Source: Planctomycetota bacterium | GTDB taxonomy: Bacteria; Planctomycetota; Phycisphaerae; WQYP01 | DNA: 64,000 nucleotides | Direction of reading: 5' to 3' | Assembly: GCA_021851715.1 (NCBI GenBank) | Contig: JAJZCR010000011.1 | Span: 2,418-66,417, forward strand | Shown here: piece by piece, positions 40,290 to 50,424 of the stretch | Layout of the letters: every line of letters begins with the position of its first letter | Position numbering within the stretch: position 1 is the stretch's first letter | Notes under the pieces: model-generated | Told to the model about the DNA's origin: nothing | Database searches by the model: none | Seen by the model: only the letters and a program-made list of their open reading frames with translations | Made by a program: the position numbers and the translations under genes

Positions 40290-41791
40290 TTGACCAGCAA
40301 TGCTCCGGCGCTGCCCGGACCGCCGGCCACATCCACATGCAAGGCGCTCCCGACGGTGGTGCGATACGCATGGATGATCTCCAGTATGGCTTCGGTGGCG
40401 GCGGCGGAACAATTGGTGAGCACTGTGACCGTGCCCCCGCCCCCGCATTCCCCGATGCGCCCGCCGAATATGCCGTGCTCCGGCCCAAAACTCATCAGTC
40501 GATCAATCAGCCAGTCCGCTTGCCAGCAGGAAAGCCCCAGGCGCAGACGATAACTGTGATGCGACGCCAGCAGCAACCGCCCGGCCCGGCGCAAGGTTAA
40601 ATCGCGAAACGCCCGGGACCGCCGATGGCCGGGGACCGGTTCCGCCGGCTGTTCCATTTCATGCAAAAAGTGCTCCGCATGTTCGTGTTCGGAAATCAGA
40701 TGGTCAATGGCCGTTCGTACCCGGTAGAACTGGCCGGGGTTAATTTCACCTGCACTCGGCGGCAACGGGCCGTAGGAGCGCACAAAATCGCGCCCACGCA
40801 GGCGCCGCGGCAGCAACGCGCGAAAATACCGGCGGTATAAACTCGGTGACAAATTACCCAGATACCCGTGCAATGGAGCTTCTTGCCGCCCCAAATCGTT
40901 GTAAATCACCTGGATGATCTGCAAGCCCATGGCACCCGCCAGCCGCAGTGAACGCACCGTCTGCCCGCCTTTCAAAGCAGGTACCCCGGTATTAAGGGCT
41001 AAAATTTTTACGTCCGCCGGCAGCGGAATCTGGCCGATTAAATCGTGCGGCTGGGCATTGTAGCGCAAAATATGTGGCGGTGGACCATCCAGGGCACACA
41101 GTGTCGTTAACGCATCCACCACGTGGCTGCCCGTGCCGCCAAACATGTTCTGCGCCTGCTGAATGAGTACGGCCTTTTCGACGGTACTGATGGTCGCAGG
41201 CAAGCAGCGACAAATGGCTTGCGTTAAAGCCGTGATCACCGCCGTGGAACTGGCCTGTCCGGCATGCATGGGAATATCCGAGTGAATGAAGACCGTGGCA
41301 CCTGCAAATCGACCGGTGCGGCGGTCGCGCAGTGGACTGGCAGTGGCGAGTTGTGGATGACTTAAAACCAACTCGAACAGCGCCACCAGCGGAGCAGCCC
41401 ATGGCTGACATCTGGCTGCGTCCGCACTCGGTAAGGAGCGGGGCAACAAATCTAATATTTCCCGCGGCGAGCGCATGGGAGTACCCGGCGTCGCGGGAAA
41501 TTGGTCGGCATTGAGAGTAATCGGGCTTGGCCCGGTAGCCGGAGTAAGGCGCGCAGAATAAATGGCCAGTCTGCCATCAGTGCGCCATTGCACCGCCACA
41601 GACGCCCGCCGCGATAATGCCATCTGCGCCACAACGCCGCCCACTTCCGCTGCCAGCCCGCCCAGCACATCAATGCGTCCGGGAGAACTGTGCGTAACCA
41701 GCGGCGCTTGCGGGACCATTACCTCCGGCCAGGTACGCCGAAAGGTTTGTTCCAGCAGCGGAGAAGAAATAGCAGTGCCTTGAGCGCTCAT
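40286..41791 (-). CDS. Divergent GHMP-family kinase (galactokinase/arabinokinase-like)
   Basis: SPGRIDVLGG, SDIPMHAGQASSTA, SHHSY and GGRIGECGGGGTV motifs. Confidence 0.7.
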   Translation of the reverse strand: MSAQGTAISSPLLEQTFRRTWPEVMVPQAPLVTHSSPGRIDVLGGLAAEVGGVVAQMALSRRASVAVQWRTDGRLAIYSARLTPATGPSPITLNADQFPATPGTPMRSPREILDLLPRSLPSADAARCQPWAAPLVALFELVLSHPQLATASPLRDRRTGRFAGATVFIHSDIPMHAGQASSTAVITALTQAICRCLPATISTVEKAVLIQQAQNMFGGTGSHVVDALTTLCALDGPPPHILRYNAQPHDLIGQIPLPADVKILALNTGVPALKGGQTVRSLRLAGAMGLQIIQVIYNDLGRQEAPLHGYLGNLSPSLYRRYFRALLPRRLRGRDFVRSYGPLPPSAGEINPGQFYRVRTAIDHLISEHEHAEHFLHEMEQPAEPVPGHRRSRAFRDLTLRRAGRLLLASHHSYRLRLGLSCWQADWLIDRLMSFGPEHGIFGGRIGECGGGGTVTVLTNCSAAATEAILEIIHAYRTTVGSALHVDVAGGPGSAGALLVK

Positions 41792-41893
41792 ACCTAAACT
41801 ATAGCCGAAACGGGTAGTGCAGGGGAAGACCGACAGTTGGCGGGTACTGGACCGCGGCGTGGGAACCGGCAGAATGGCACCCGACGCCAACCC

Positions 41894-42742
41894 TCAAGAC
41901 CTAATACCAAATATCCGGGTGGTAAAGCTGCGGGTGCGGCCTACGCACTCGCCGTGACGTTCAAGTTCCAGAAAAACGCGGTACCTTCCCGACAAATCGG
42001 CCGCCGCCGGGATCGACCATGTAAACCAGCGATTGACTCCAGTCGATGGAACGTGGCGAAGCACGATGCCGGTAACACATTGGTGCCCACGAAGGCTTTT
42101 GAATACCAGCACCCCGTGCAAGCCTTTCATGCCGCGCACGGGCTTGAGCACGCAATGAACATGTATCACACCGGAGAGGGGACATTTTTCACACCCCGCC
42201 CCGCTCACAACTGTAGTTGCCGGCCCGCTGATCCGGCCAACTATCGGGCCTGCCAGCCAATGCCGGTGGCCGTCCAAGGCGATGGCTTGAATGTGCCAAT
42301 GGCCGCTCTTATACACATACGTGATAGTCTGTCGGCTGTGTAAACCGGCGTAGGTAGCGGAAATGGTAGCCATCATTCTTGCGGATTTCCCGGCAACAAT
42401 TCGGAGCCTCACCATACCGCCGTGGTGCCGCACCGCTGCGGGCAGGGCCAGTTGCCAACTGTACACTCCCGGCTGGGGCAGGTTTGCTGATGGATGATGG
42501 CGTGACATTGTGGCCAAAGCGTCCACGCGCTGCTCGACAGCCAAAGCTCCGGCGGAAGCCAGCAACTCCAACTGTAGCCGACGGTGTGTTTGCCGAGTGC
42601 GGGCCACCTCATGTTCGAACGCCGCCGCCAGCACCACCATACACAGCATTACCATAGCCAGCAGGGTAATTGCAGTGATAATAGCAAAGCCGCGGGGCTG
42701 CCGCACACCGGAACACCAGGGCCATCTGCACGATACAACCAT
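41894..42742 (-). CDS. Hypothetical pilin/pseudopilin-like protein
   Basis: RGFAIITAITLLAMV prepilin-like hydrophobic N-terminus. Confidence 0.5.
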   Translation of the reverse strand: MVVSCRWPWCSGVRQPRGFAIITAITLLAMVMLCMVVLAAAFEHEVARTRQTHRRLQLELLASAGALAVEQRVDALATMSRHHPSANLPQPGVYSWQLALPAAVRHHGGMVRLRIVAGKSARMMATISATYAGLHSRQTITYVYKSGHWHIQAIALDGHRHWLAGPIVGRISGPATTVVSGAGCEKCPLSGVIHVHCVLKPVRGMKGLHGVLVFKSLRGHQCVTGIVLRHVPSTGVNRWFTWSIPAAADLSGRYRVFLELERHGECVGRTRSFTTRIFGIRS

Positions 42743-43003
42743 CAGTGCACCTCTGTGCGAGAATGGTGCGCCAGCAGCACATATTGGGTGGGAAATATAC
42801 GCAAATGGTGCCCGCCCTGGCGCAGTGCGGCCAATAGTACCAAGCCAGAAATAACGGCCAGTATCTGGCGGCGAGTCTGATGCCGCGGTGCTTGGCCGGG
42901 GTAGTTGCGGCTGGGGAACTCTGGTTGCAGCATGGTCGCGTCCGGGGATACAATACCTTGTTGCGTGAAACGCAACGGAACAGCCTTAACAGGAGCTTAT
43001 TGG

Positions 43004-44254
43004 ATGATTTCCCGGCGAAAAACCAAACAGGTAAAGGTGGGTGAGGTTCTTATCGGCGGCGATGCGCCGGTGGTGGTGCAGTCGATGACCAGCGGTTACA
43101 CCCACGATATTGACGCTTGCGTGCGGGAAATTCACAAACTGGCCTCCGCCGGTGCGGATATCGTGCGCGTGGCTGTGCCGGAAAAGAAAGATACCCTGGC
43201 ACTGAAGGAAATACTTCGCCAAGTGTCGGTGCCGATTGTGGCCGATGTCCATTTCCATTTCCAGCGGGCCCTGGAGGCGGTGGAGGCGGGTGTACACAAA
43301 ATCCGGCTCAATCCCGGCAATATCAATGATCGCAAGCAGGTGGAAGCGGTGATTGATGCGTGCCGGGAGAGGCACATTCCCATCCGCATCGGCGTCAATG
43401 AAGGCTCCATCGTGGAGCGCAAGGACAAACAGAAACGGATGAAGGAACTCGGCGCGGTTTTCAGCGACAGCCATCACGGCCATCTGCTGGCGATCATGAT
43501 TACCAAGCTGGAAGAATACCTGGATATTTTCTACGAGCGGAATTTTCATGACATTGTGATTTCCGCCAAATCGATTGATCCGCTGCTGGTGATTGATGCG
43601 TATACGGAAATCTCCCGCCGGTTTGACCACCCCCTGCATCTGGGCGTTACCCACGCCGGCCCCAAGGAAACCGGTACCATCCGCAGCGTGGTGCCGCTGG
43701 GCACGCTGTTGGCCAACGGTATCGGTGATACCATCCGCCTCAGCTACGCCAATGATCCGATTTATGAAGTGCAGGACGGATTGGAATTGTTATACGTGCT
43801 GGGGCTGCGCACCCGCAAAGGGGCGGAACTCATTGCCTGCCCCACCTGCGGACGCATCCAGGTGGATCTGTTTACGCTGGTGCAGCAGGTGAACCGCAAA
43901 CTCAAGGAGCAGATCACGCTGCCGATTAAAGTGGCCGTGATGGGCTGTGTAGTCAATGGTCCGGGAGAATGTGAAGGAGCGGACGTAGCCATTTTCGCCG
44001 GCGATAAGCGCGGCATCATCTACGTACAGGGAGAAAAGGTGGCCAACGTACCGGAAGAAAAAATTCTTGATGCCCTGCTGGAACAGTGCCGGAATTTTCA
44101 GGAAAAGGTGCAGCGCGGAGAAGCGCGGCTGGGCGAAAAAGTGGTCGATATCATTCCGCCGGATCCCCTGGGCGAGTTAGGCTCAGGCTATGCCAAAATT
44201 GCCGCCGGCAAGATGGAGTCCGGCGAAGTGAAGCTCCCTATTGTACAGGGTTAA
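43004..44254 (+). CDS. ispG: (E)-4-hydroxy-3-methylbut-2-enyl-diphosphate synthase
   Basis: VQSMT, VADVHF, RLNPGNI, RIGVN.GS, HLGVT, IACPTCGR and MGCVVNGPGE motifs; AGGAG RBS. Confidence 0.96.
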   Translation: MISRRKTKQVKVGEVLIGGDAPVVVQSMTSGYTHDIDACVREIHKLASAGADIVRVAVPEKKDTLALKEILRQVSVPIVADVHFHFQRALEAVEAGVHKIRLNPGNINDRKQVEAVIDACRERHIPIRIGVNEGSIVERKDKQKRMKELGAVFSDSHHGHLLAIMITKLEEYLDIFYERNFHDIVISAKSIDPLLVIDAYTEISRRFDHPLHLGVTHAGPKETGTIRSVVPLGTLLANGIGDTIRLSYANDPIYEVQDGLELLYVLGLRTRKGAELIACPTCGRIQVDLFTLVQQVNRKLKEQITLPIKVAVMGCVVNGPGECEGADVAIFAGDKRGIIYVQGEKVANVPEEKILDALLEQCRNFQEKVQRGEARLGEKVVDIIPPDPLGELGSGYAKIAAGKMESGEVKLPIVQG

Positions 44255-44338
44255 CTTTGCACCGTGGCCGTGGCCATGCAGTGCCGAAAGGCCGGGCGCA
44301 CAATCGTTTCCCCCAGGTAAGACAGGTTGACATAAAGT

Positions 44339-45790
44339 ATGTTTGATTCTCTTTCAGAAAAATTCACCCTCATGGTCCGCAACCTTTCCGGGCGCGGACG
44401 AATCACACCGGCCAATGTGCGCCAGGCTATGGAAGAAATTCGCAGCGCCCTGTTGGAAGCCGATGTGCATTATCAGGTGGTGGAGGACTTCACCCAGCGG
44501 GTCATGGAAAAATCCGCCGGCACGCAGGTTCTAGCCTCGCTGGAACCGGGCCAGCAGATCGTCCAAATTGTTTTTGATGAATTGGTGGCCCTGATGGGGC
44601 CGGTTGATTCCGGCATCTTTTTTGTCGATCCGCCTCCCACCATCATCATGATGTGCGGCCTGCAGGGATCCGGCAAAACCACCACCTGCGGCAAACTGGC
44701 CCTGTACCTGAAAAGCAAAGGGAAAAACCCGCTGCTGGTAGCCGCAGATACGCAGCGGCCCGCGGCCATCGACCAGCTCGTCACGCTGGGCCAGCAGGTG
44801 GATGTGCCGGTGTACAAACAGGATGGCCAGGCGGATCCGATACCGATATGCCGCAGCGCCGTGGCCTTTGCCCGGCAAAATGGCCGCGATGTGGTGATTC
44901 TGGACACCGCCGGCCGCCTGCATATCGATGATGCGCTCATGCAGCAGCTTTCGAATATTGCCGGCACCACCAAGCCCCATCAGATATTCCTGGTGGTGGA
45001 TGCCATGGTGGGTCAGGATGCGGTGAATTCCGCCCGGGCGTTTAATCAGAAGCTGGAACTGGACGGCATCATTCTTACCAAGTTTGATTCGGATACCCGT
45101 GGAGGCGCGGCGCTGTCAGTGAAAGCGATTACGGGCAAGCCGATAAAATTTCTGGGTGTGGGCGAAAAGCTGCAGATGCTGGAGGAATTTCATCCAGACC
45201 GCATAGCGCAGCGCATTTTGGGAATGGGCGACATTTTAACCCTGGTGGAAAAAGCCCAGTCGCAGTTTGATCAGGCCCAGACCGCCAAAATGCAGGAAAA
45301 ACTGGCCAACGCCAGTTTCACCTTGGACGATTTTCTGGAGCAGATGCGCTCCATGCGTAAAATGGGACCGATGAAACAGCTTCTGGGCATGTTGCCGGGG
45401 CTGGGTTCCGCGCTGAAGGATATTCAGTTGCCCGAGGAAGAATTGGACCGTGCCGAGGCGATTATTCAAAGCATGAGCCGCAAGGAGCGGGAAAATCCGG
45501 ACATTGTGGATTCTTCCCGCCGCCGGCGCATTGCCCGTGGCTGCGGCCTCCAGACCGAAGATGTGTCTCGGCTGGTAAAAGGATTTTCCGCGGCCCGAGA
45601 TATGGCCAGAAAAATGTCGGGGCTTTCCATGGGAGCGAAAATGAAAATGGCCCAGGCGATGAGCACCATGAACCCGGAAAGCTTATCGGCCATGGGCCAT
45701 CTGGGCAGCGCCGGCCCGGCGTTGCGTCCAAGCCGCCTCTCCCCCGAGCAAAAGCGGAAAATGCGTGATCGCCGCCGGCGCGGGCGGTAG
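44339..45790 (+). CDS. ffh: Signal recognition particle protein
   Basis: GLQGSGKTTT, DTAGR, TKFD, RGGAALS and an M domain. Confidence 0.97.
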   Translation: MFDSLSEKFTLMVRNLSGRGRITPANVRQAMEEIRSALLEADVHYQVVEDFTQRVMEKSAGTQVLASLEPGQQIVQIVFDELVALMGPVDSGIFFVDPPPTIIMMCGLQGSGKTTTCGKLALYLKSKGKNPLLVAADTQRPAAIDQLVTLGQQVDVPVYKQDGQADPIPICRSAVAFARQNGRDVVILDTAGRLHIDDALMQQLSNIAGTTKPHQIFLVVDAMVGQDAVNSARAFNQKLELDGIILTKFDSDTRGGAALSVKAITGKPIKFLGVGEKLQMLEEFHPDRIAQRILGMGDILTLVEKAQSQFDQAQTAKMQEKLANASFTLDDFLEQMRSMRKMGPMKQLLGMLPGLGSALKDIQLPEEELDRAEAIIQSMSRKERENPDIVDSSRRRRIARGCGLQTEDVSRLVKGFSAARDMARKMSGLSMGAKMKMAQAMSTMNPESLSAMGHLGSAGPALRPSRLSPEQKRKMRDRRRRGR

Positions 45791-45908
45791 CGCGGCAATG
45801 ACCATCTCTCCGGCGTCCCTGCCGGTGTTCAACGGCAGCGTTTCCATACAGCCCCTCCTAAGCGTCGCAGGATGACTATCGGGAACCGGAATAGCCGGCC
45901 ATGGCGAA

Positions 45909-47120
45909 TTACAGGGTGCGGCGATTGCGGACCGCTACATTCAAAAGCAACCCTGTGGCCAGCATGTACGCGGCAATAGCACTGCCTCCGTACGACAAAA
46001 ACGGCAACGTAATACCGACCACGGGAATAATTCCAGCGGTCATGGCAATGTTAATCATGGTTTGCAACATCAACATGGACCCCAGCCCAACGACCATAAT
46101 ACGGCCAAAAGGATCCGCGGTGGAACCGGCAATTTCCAGGCAGGCTCCAAAGAATACCGCGTAAAGAATCAGAATGCCCAACGAACCCAGGAATCCCCAT
46201 TGTGTGGCGATGACCGCGAAAATGAAATCGTTGGCCGATTCCGGCAGCAATCCGTTGCGAATTTGTGCAGCACCCCGTAATCCCTGGCCGGTAAGCCCGC
46301 CGCTGCCTTCGGCAATTTCGCTTTGTCGCTGCTGATAAAGATTGCCATGCAGTTCACCGGAGGTCGGTTTGCTTTCCACAAACATCGAGATAATGCGTTG
46401 TTTTTGATACGCTTTAAGCAGTGGGTAGCAACCGGGGGCAATCGATACGGCGATGAGCGCAATGGCCACCAGGTGGCGCAGTCTTGCCCCGGCCGCCACG
46501 AGCATGGCATACAGCGACAGTGGAAAAAGCAGGGCCGTGCCCAGGTCGGATTCGATGAGAATCAGCCCCATGGGCAGCAACATCAGCAGAAATGGAATCA
46601 CCAGGCGTGAAAGCCCCTGGACATCCTTATGCAGCCGCAGATACCATGCGACCGACATGACAAAGGCAATCTTGGCCAGTTCACTGGGCTGAAAGTTTAT
46701 ACCGCCTGGTAAAATGAACCAGCGGTGACTGCCGTTGACCGCCGGCGCTTTCAGCACCGCCATGAGCAAAAGCAGGGTGAAGGCCAGAAATGCATAGGCA
46801 TAGCGACCGATGTGCCGATAGGCCGGGACAATGGCCACTAACAATACAATTAAACCGATGCCGATATGAATTTCCTGCACCCGGGCCAGATCCTGCGAAG
46901 TAACTCGCACGGCGGCGAGGCTGATGGAACATAACAGCAGGATGCTGCCCAGCAGAATCCAGGCGATACGGGTGCCCAGCAGACGCGGGAGCAGCCGATT
47001 CCAGAGTCGCAAAATGATAGAGGAGCCGTCATCCGTGCGGCGGTGAATAACGCGGGCCGGACGCAAGGCGTCGGGATTGAGCGGCGTTGAGGAAGAATCG
47101 GTCTTGGGTGTATCCGTCAC
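45909..47120 (-). CDS. rodA: SEDS peptidoglycan polymerase RodA/FtsW
   Basis: RWF, FQPSELAK, DLGTA, LPE..NDFIF and GITLPFLSYGGS motifs; overlaps the mrdA stop. Confidence 0.88.
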   Translation of the reverse strand: MTDTPKTDSSSTPLNPDALRPARVIHRRTDDGSSIILRLWNRLLPRLLGTRIAWILLGSILLLCSISLAAVRVTSQDLARVQEIHIGIGLIVLLVAIVPAYRHIGRYAYAFLAFTLLLLMAVLKAPAVNGSHRWFILPGGINFQPSELAKIAFVMSVAWYLRLHKDVQGLSRLVIPFLLMLLPMGLILIESDLGTALLFPLSLYAMLVAAGARLRHLVAIALIAVSIAPGCYPLLKAYQKQRIISMFVESKPTSGELHGNLYQQRQSEIAEGSGGLTGQGLRGAAQIRNGLLPESANDFIFAVIATQWGFLGSLGILILYAVFFGACLEIAGSTADPFGRIMVVGLGSMLMLQTMINIAMTAGIIPVVGITLPFLSYGGSAIAAYMLATGLLLNVAVRNRRTL

Positions 47121-49210
47121 GGTGTCGCCGCCTGCGGCAGATAGCCACGCTGTTGCATCAGTTGAATGCAGGTTTTGACAATCGGGCCGGCCCGGCGGCC
47201 GCCGTCACCGCCCATTTCCACAATGGCCGCCAGCACATACTTGGGCTTATTGGCCGGCGCGTATCCTACAAACCAGGCGTCGTCTCCCTTTTTGATAGTC
47301 ACTTTACCGTTAATGTCAATTCGTTCCGCGGTCTGCGCGGTACCGGTTTTGCCGGCCACAGGCAGCCCCATACGCAACACCGGGGCCGTTCCATGGGGAC
47401 CATGCACCACCAGGTACATACCCTGGCGGACAAAACTTAAATCCGACATGTTCAGGTGAAACTTTCGAGGCGGCGGGCGGTGCAATTGCTCAATAATCTG
47501 CGGCTGCATCCACACGCCGCCGCGCAGCATGGCGGCATACGCATTGGCCATCTGCAGCGGGGTCACCGCCATCGGCCCCTGCCCGATGCCCATCATAATA
47601 GCCCAGTCCGTTATCCGAAATTGGCTGCGATCCGGCTGTTCGGAGGGCAAATAACCTGCGGTTTCCTCGTGCAGGCCAAGGCCCGTGGCCGAACCCAGCC
47701 CGAAAGTGCGGTACCCTTCGACAAGCCGTTGAAGCCCCAGCTTCATGCCCACCCGGTAAAAATAAGTATCGCAGGACTGTTCCAGGGCTTCGACCGTGTT
47801 GAGCGGACCGGGTGCGACAGGATAGGTCCAGTTGCGAAAAATATTGGGGTGGCCGGGCAGCAGATAAGCCCCGCAATTCATGACGGCATTGGGCGCCACG
47901 GCACCCACCGTCAATGCATAAGCGGCCTCCAGTGGCTTGACGATGCTACCCGGAGGGTACGCGCTGCTGATAGCCCGGTTCATCAGGGGCAGTTGCGTAT
48001 CGGCGATTAACTTGGAAAAATCCTGGTGATAGCGATTCAGATTGTATGTCGGCAGCGAAAGCATGACCAACACCCGATTGGTACGCACCGACAGCACCAC
48101 CACCGCGGCACGGTGCATTTCACCCTGGAAGTACAGCAGATGACTTTGCGGATCCAGCATTTTTTCTTCAAGCTGCTGCTGGAGTTGAATATCCAACGTC
48201 AAACGCACGGTACGTCCGGGAATGGGCGGGCGGTAATCCTGCGGCACCTGTTTGCCGTCAAGCCGCACCAGTTCCACACCCCGGGTGGCCCTTAGCAGAT
48301 TCTCGGCGGCGTATTCCACCCCAAATGCACCCATCTGGTCTCCGGGCAGATAGCCCTTGAGCTTGCCACGGGTGTCACGCAGCGATCCGGGAACAAGTCG
48401 CGGGAGCACAAACGGATTTTTTCGTAATGCCGATCCTGTTACCTGGCGCATCGCTCCAATCACCTGCGCCGCCACGCTGCCAAACGGATAGACCCGGTGC
48501 TGGCTGGATACAATAACCAGGCCGGGATAGCGGCGGGCATGCTTTTGAAAATAAAATGCGACCTGGTCCGGAATATCCGGCACCACTGTATGGGCTTCAT
48601 GGGCCTCAAGTAAATTCAGCCCCTGGGTCAGCGCCAGATCCACATCTTGTTGCCGATCCGAAGGGGAAACGTCGGCGCGGACGTTGTTGTCATGACCGTA
48701 ACGCAGAGTCCAAATATCCTGGCGTAAAAAGGCCATTCGCTTACGGATGGTATCAAAGGTTTCCAGCACTTTAGCCAGGGGCAGGTGGCAATGGCGGGCG
48801 ATGGCACCGGGCAGCCAACGCAGCCGGGCGGCTATTCGCCTTCTGGTTTCCGGCAGTCGGGCGATGATCTGGGCTCGCGGGAGATGGTCGGCGCGCAGCT
48901 CATCAATCGCCTGACGCGTAATCCACAGGTAATCACGATTCATCGCCTGATAGTCAACGGCAAGGTTGTTGCAGGGTTGCTCAACGGCCAGGTAACGGCC
49001 TTTGCAATCCACAATGGCCCCGCGAATCGACGGGATCACCAGGTGCCGGTAGCTGAAACTGCGGGCGCGATCTTTCCACATCCGGGCCTGCACCACCTGA
49101 AGTTGATACAGGCGCACAGCGAGAATTAACACCACGAACAAGGCTGATACAAAAAGCAGAATAAGGCGGCGTTTCAACATCTCGGCGAGTACCTGCAAGA
49201 AACCACACAC
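47117..49210 (-). CDS. mrdA: Class B penicillin-binding protein (PBP2-like)
   Basis: RGAIVD, R.YP, SxxK (GSIVKP), SxD (SCDTYFY) and KTG (GKTGTAQ) motifs. Confidence 0.88.
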   Translation of the reverse strand: MCGFLQVLAEMLKRRLILLFVSALFVVLILAVRLYQLQVVQARMWKDRARSFSYRHLVIPSIRGAIVDCKGRYLAVEQPCNNLAVDYQAMNRDYLWITRQAIDELRADHLPRAQIIARLPETRRRIAARLRWLPGAIARHCHLPLAKVLETFDTIRKRMAFLRQDIWTLRYGHDNNVRADVSPSDRQQDVDLALTQGLNLLEAHEAHTVVPDIPDQVAFYFQKHARRYPGLVIVSSQHRVYPFGSVAAQVIGAMRQVTGSALRKNPFVLPRLVPGSLRDTRGKLKGYLPGDQMGAFGVEYAAENLLRATRGVELVRLDGKQVPQDYRPPIPGRTVRLTLDIQLQQQLEEKMLDPQSHLLYFQGEMHRAAVVVLSVRTNRVLVMLSLPTYNLNRYHQDFSKLIADTQLPLMNRAISSAYPPGSIVKPLEAAYALTVGAVAPNAVMNCGAYLLPGHPNIFRNWTYPVAPGPLNTVEALEQSCDTYFYRVGMKLGLQRLVEGYRTFGLGSATGLGLHEETAGYLPSEQPDRSQFRITDWAIMMGIGQGPMAVTPLQMANAYAAMLRGGVWMQPQIIEQLHRPPPRKFHLNMSDLSFVRQGMYLVVHGPHGTAPVLRMGLPVAGKTGTAQTAERIDINGKVTIKKGDDAWFVGYAPANKPKYVLAAIVEMGGDGGRRAGPIVKTCIQLMQQRGYLPQAATP

Positions 49211-49265
49211 GCCATTTTACCGTCCGGACGGTCTGTCAGGATCATACCAACTCCGGGCCGGGAGT

Positions 49266-49811
49266 TCATCGGTTCCGGTTCCGGGCATGATGCGCTGGCC
49301 CGTCAAAACCCAGCAGGGGACCGATCATAAACAGCCCGCGGAATACCCAGGGTGCCAGAACAGCCGTATAAATGGCGCTGGAAAGGGCGATGGTGATGGT
49401 GGCAATGGATCCGGATATCAACGTCGTGGGTTGATCCGCACTCCATAAGCCCATCCGAATCAGAATGTTTCGGCCCAGCAGGACAAACACAACCGTCAGA
49501 AAAACCAGCACGGATTGACTGATGGGATTCTGCCGGAAAATATTCATCCGAATGCGGGTGATTCCATAGCCCGCCAGTGAAAGTAAAACGGTATTGACAC
49601 CGAACAGCCCTATACCGGTTAGATCATACATAAACCCGCAGCAGAAGCAGGCCATCAGAGCATAGTCCTCCGCCGGGTAAAGGGCATAAAAAACCGCCAG
49701 CATGGGAATAAATTCAACGTGAAAATATCCCGCGTCGCTCCATTGTCCGATGTGGGAGACCTGCAGGGCCGTCGCCAGGTACAACAGGATGCCAAAGGTG
49801 ATCCATCGCAT
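49266..49811 (-). CDS. mreD: Rod shape-determining protein MreD-like membrane protein
   Basis: About 180-aa multi-TM protein (GFMYDL...FG) immediately upstream of mrdA-rodA. Confidence 0.7.
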   Translation of the reverse strand: MRWITFGILLYLATALQVSHIGQWSDAGYFHVEFIPMLAVFYALYPAEDYALMACFCCGFMYDLTGIGLFGVNTVLLSLAGYGITRIRMNIFRQNPISQSVLVFLTVVFVLLGRNILIRMGLWSADQPTTLISGSIATITIALSSAIYTAVLAPWVFRGLFMIGPLLGFDGPAHHARNRNR

Positions 49812-49891
49812 ATATAGACAGTATCGCCTGTGAAGGCCGTTATGGAAAGTCAAAATCAGGCCGCGGGCCGGCTGTCCGGATAATAACGGGC

Positions 49892-50356
49892 CTAGTTGAG
49901 CCGTGCGACCAGTTCCAATTCCACAGTGGCACCCAGCGGCAGGGCATTGACACCCACCGCCGCCCGGGCATGGCGGCCCGCCTGACCGAAAATTTCCAGC
50001 AGCAGGTTGCTGGCCCCGTTAGCCACGATGGATTGCTGCGTAAAGTCATCGGCACATTGCACAAATACGCTCAGTCGCACAATGCGGTCCACCTTGGACC
50101 ACTCTCCGGCGCAGGCACTGTGCAGTACCGCCAGCGCGTTCAGCAGGGCCAGTTTGGCTGCCTCCTGGCCATTCTCCACCGACACAACGGTGGGAATTTT
50201 CCCCGTGAACCGCAACTGGCCATCCTGAAAAGGCAGTTGCCCGCTGACAAACACCAGGTGGTCGGCCCTGACATATGGTACGTATGCCGCAACCGGATTG
50301 GGGACTGCGGGCAGGATAATGCCCAGTCGTTTCAGATGGGCTTCGATTTCGGACAT
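49892..50356 (-). CDS. RidA/YjgF-family protein
   Basis: PVAAYVP, FVSGQLP, VANGASNLL, GRHARAAVGV and LPLGATVELE motifs. Confidence 0.9.
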   Translation of the reverse strand: MSEIEAHLKRLGIILPAVPNPVAAYVPYVRADHLVFVSGQLPFQDGQLRFTGKIPTVVSVENGQEAAKLALLNALAVLHSACAGEWSKVDRIVRLSVFVQCADDFTQQSIVANGASNLLLEIFGQAGRHARAAVGVNALPLGATVELELVARLN

Positions 50357-50424
50357 TTTCAGACTCCTTGAAGAAAATAGAAAGCATTCGCGGATCACCC
50401 GGTGGCCATACTTCCGCTGCCGGA

